DNA of 64,000 nucleotides from an uncultured bacterium (GTDB lineage Bacteria; Patescibacteriota; JABMPQ01; CAVVCK01): NCBI GenBank assembly GCA_963746775.1, contig CAVVCK010000002.1, positions 431,656 to 495,655 of the forward strand, read 5' to 3'. Shown piece by piece: positions 62,970 to 64,000 of this stretch (position 1 is its first letter; each line of letters starts with the position of its first letter). The notes under the pieces were generated by a model. It saw only the letters and a program-made list of their open reading frames with translations, ran no database searches and was not told where the DNA came from. The position numbers and the translations under genes were made by a program.

Positions 62970-63026
62970 ATATTATACTATTAGTTTATTGAAATATTAA
63001 TTCTACTACCAAAACTTTAAATTACT

Positions 63027-63160
63027 GAAATTGGCTGTATAGAAATTAGATATTGGTAATAAAAAGTGGAAAATGGATAAATATAACCTAGGTAAAATAA
63101 TATCTAATTTCTAACTTCTAATTTCCATCACTATTTTCCAATTTCTATATAATTAATTTC
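63027..63160. repeat. Family-A word hairpin, copy A6 (left arm homologous to A5)
   Basis: GAAATTGGCTGTATAGAAATTAGATATTGGTAATAAAAAGTGGAAAATGG...TCTAATTTCTAACTTCTAATTTCCATCACTATTTTCCAATTTCTATATAATTAATTTC. Confidence 0.65.
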
Positions 63161-63163
63161 TGA

Positions 63164-64000
63164 CTAAATATATTTTCCTAAATCCTCAACTTTATCCTTC
63201 TCTTCCCAAGGAAATCCTTCACCTTCTCTGCCGAAATGCCCATAGGCTGCTGTTTTTTTATAAATTGGTCGCTCTAAATCCAGTGTTTTAATAATTCCTG
63301 AAGGGGTTAAATCAAAATTATTTCTGATAATTTCTACCAATTTTTCTTCACTTACTTTCCCAGTACCAAATGTTTCCGCCATAATTGAAATAGGTTCCGG
63401 ATAACCAATAGCATAAGATAATTGCACCTCGCAGGTATCAGCTAAGTCGGCAGCTACAATATTCTTAGCAATATAGCGTGCCATATAGGCTCCGGATCTA
63501 TCTTGTTTATTAGGACCTTTACCAGAGAAACAGCCACCGCCATGCGCTCCACGTCCGCCATAGGTATCAACTATAATCTTTCTGCCCGTAAGTCCAGTAT
63601 CAGCATGAGGACCACCTTCAACAAATCTGCCTGTTTCGTTAACATAATATCTGGTTTTTTCATCAATATAATCCTTGCAAATAGGTTTTATTACTTGCTC
63701 AATCACATCTTCTCTTACCTTTTTTAAATCAATATCTCCATCGTGCTGAGCGGCAATAACCACAGCCTCAACTCTGACTGGTTTTTCATCTTTATATTCT
63801 ACTGATACTTGAGATTTACCGTCTGGTCGCAAATACGATATTTCATTTGTTTTTCTTGCATCTGCTAATTTACGAGTAAGCCTATGAGCTAACATAATTG
63901 GCAGAGGCATAAGCTCTGGTGTTTCTTTACAGGCAAATCCAAACATCATACCTTGATCACCAGCTCCCATGGCCTGATGAGGACTTTTCCCTTCTTCCTC
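63164..64000 (-). CDS. metK: S-adenosylmethionine synthetase, C-terminal about 280 aa (gene runs off the right edge)
   Basis: [20 protein letters not shown]. The frame stays open upstream of the track Met (..[17 protein letters not shown]). Confidence 0.93.
   Translation of the reverse strand, partial: EEEGKSPHQAMGAGDQGMMFGFACKETPELMPLPIMLAHRLTRKLADARKTNEISYLRPDGKSQVSVEYKDEKPVRVEAVVIAAQHDGDIDLKKVREDVIEQVIKPICKDYIDEKTRYYVNETGRFVEGGPHADTGLTGRKIIVDTYGGRGAHGGGCFSGKGPNKQDRSGAYMARYIAKNIVAADLADTCEVQLSYAIGYPEPISIMAETFGTGKVSEEKLVEIIRNNFDLTPSGIIKTLDLERPIYKKTAAYGHFGREGEGFPWEEKDKVEDLGKYI

Noticed and set aside
4021-63160. CRISPR arrays as an explanation for the repetitive spacers (families A, B, C).
   Set aside because: The repeat units are 7-9-nt words without unique spacers and are arranged as inverted arms. 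No cas genes are present.

Overview
This is a 64-kb, AT-rich bacterial segment. Sampled coding lines run about 20-30% G+C, and all but five small features lie on the minus strand.

Several traits suggest a small-genome Patescibacteria/CPR (Parcubacteria-like) organism; this is inference only:
- L30 is absent between S5 and L15.
- A group-3b-type NiFe hydrogenase is present.
- A DUF4012 + GT4 surface-glycan cluster is present.
- There are 23S-IVS/Avd-type four-helix-bundle genes.
- PduL + AckA stand in place of Pta.
- Shine-Dalgarno sequences are almost absent.

Gene content, left to right:
- 1-9.4 kb: murJ (partial) and a surface-polysaccharide cluster (DUF4012, three GT4 genes, a Wzz-like protein, a WbaP-like priming transferase).
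- 9.4-9.9 kb: RNase P RNA.
- 10-17 kb: corA, RNase HI, a CPA2 antiporter (+ strand), a cyclophilin lipoprotein, and dnaQ-like / Y1-transposase-like / recJ.
- 17-35.5 kb: a fermentation supercluster. It holds ROK glucokinase, ackA, pduL, gpmI, eno, pgk, tpiA, the four hydrogenase subunits, hypC and a mini-hypA.
- 35.7-37.5 kb: small housekeeping genes.
- 37.6-56.6 kb: map-adk-secY plus the spc/S10/str ribosomal operons with tuf and fusA.
- 57.4-60.5 kb: two secreted fibre-like proteins.
- 60.6-64 kb: UDP-sugar epimerase, ugd and metK (partial).

Most noteworthy observations:
1. An unclassified, about 570-nt, 50% G+C, multi-helix RNA with three AAGGAGGU boxes lies at 5450-6022, inside the glycan cluster.
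2. Two diverged four-helix-bundle paralogues are each interrupted by an in-frame stop (TAG in one, TAA in the other) at the same conserved Gln column.
3. At least three dispersed families of long intergenic hairpins built from 7-9-nt tandem words occur, several of them inside the normally compact ribosomal-protein operons.
4. A 248-aa protein in the hydrogenase locus has an internal HypC-like domain.
5. The hydrogenase large subunit ends exactly at the processing His, and the HypA lacks its zinc domain.
6. The two fibre proteins are paralogous.
7. The epimerase has a frameshifted 3' end and a GC-rich in-frame insertion.

No tRNA, rRNA or CRISPR array was seen.
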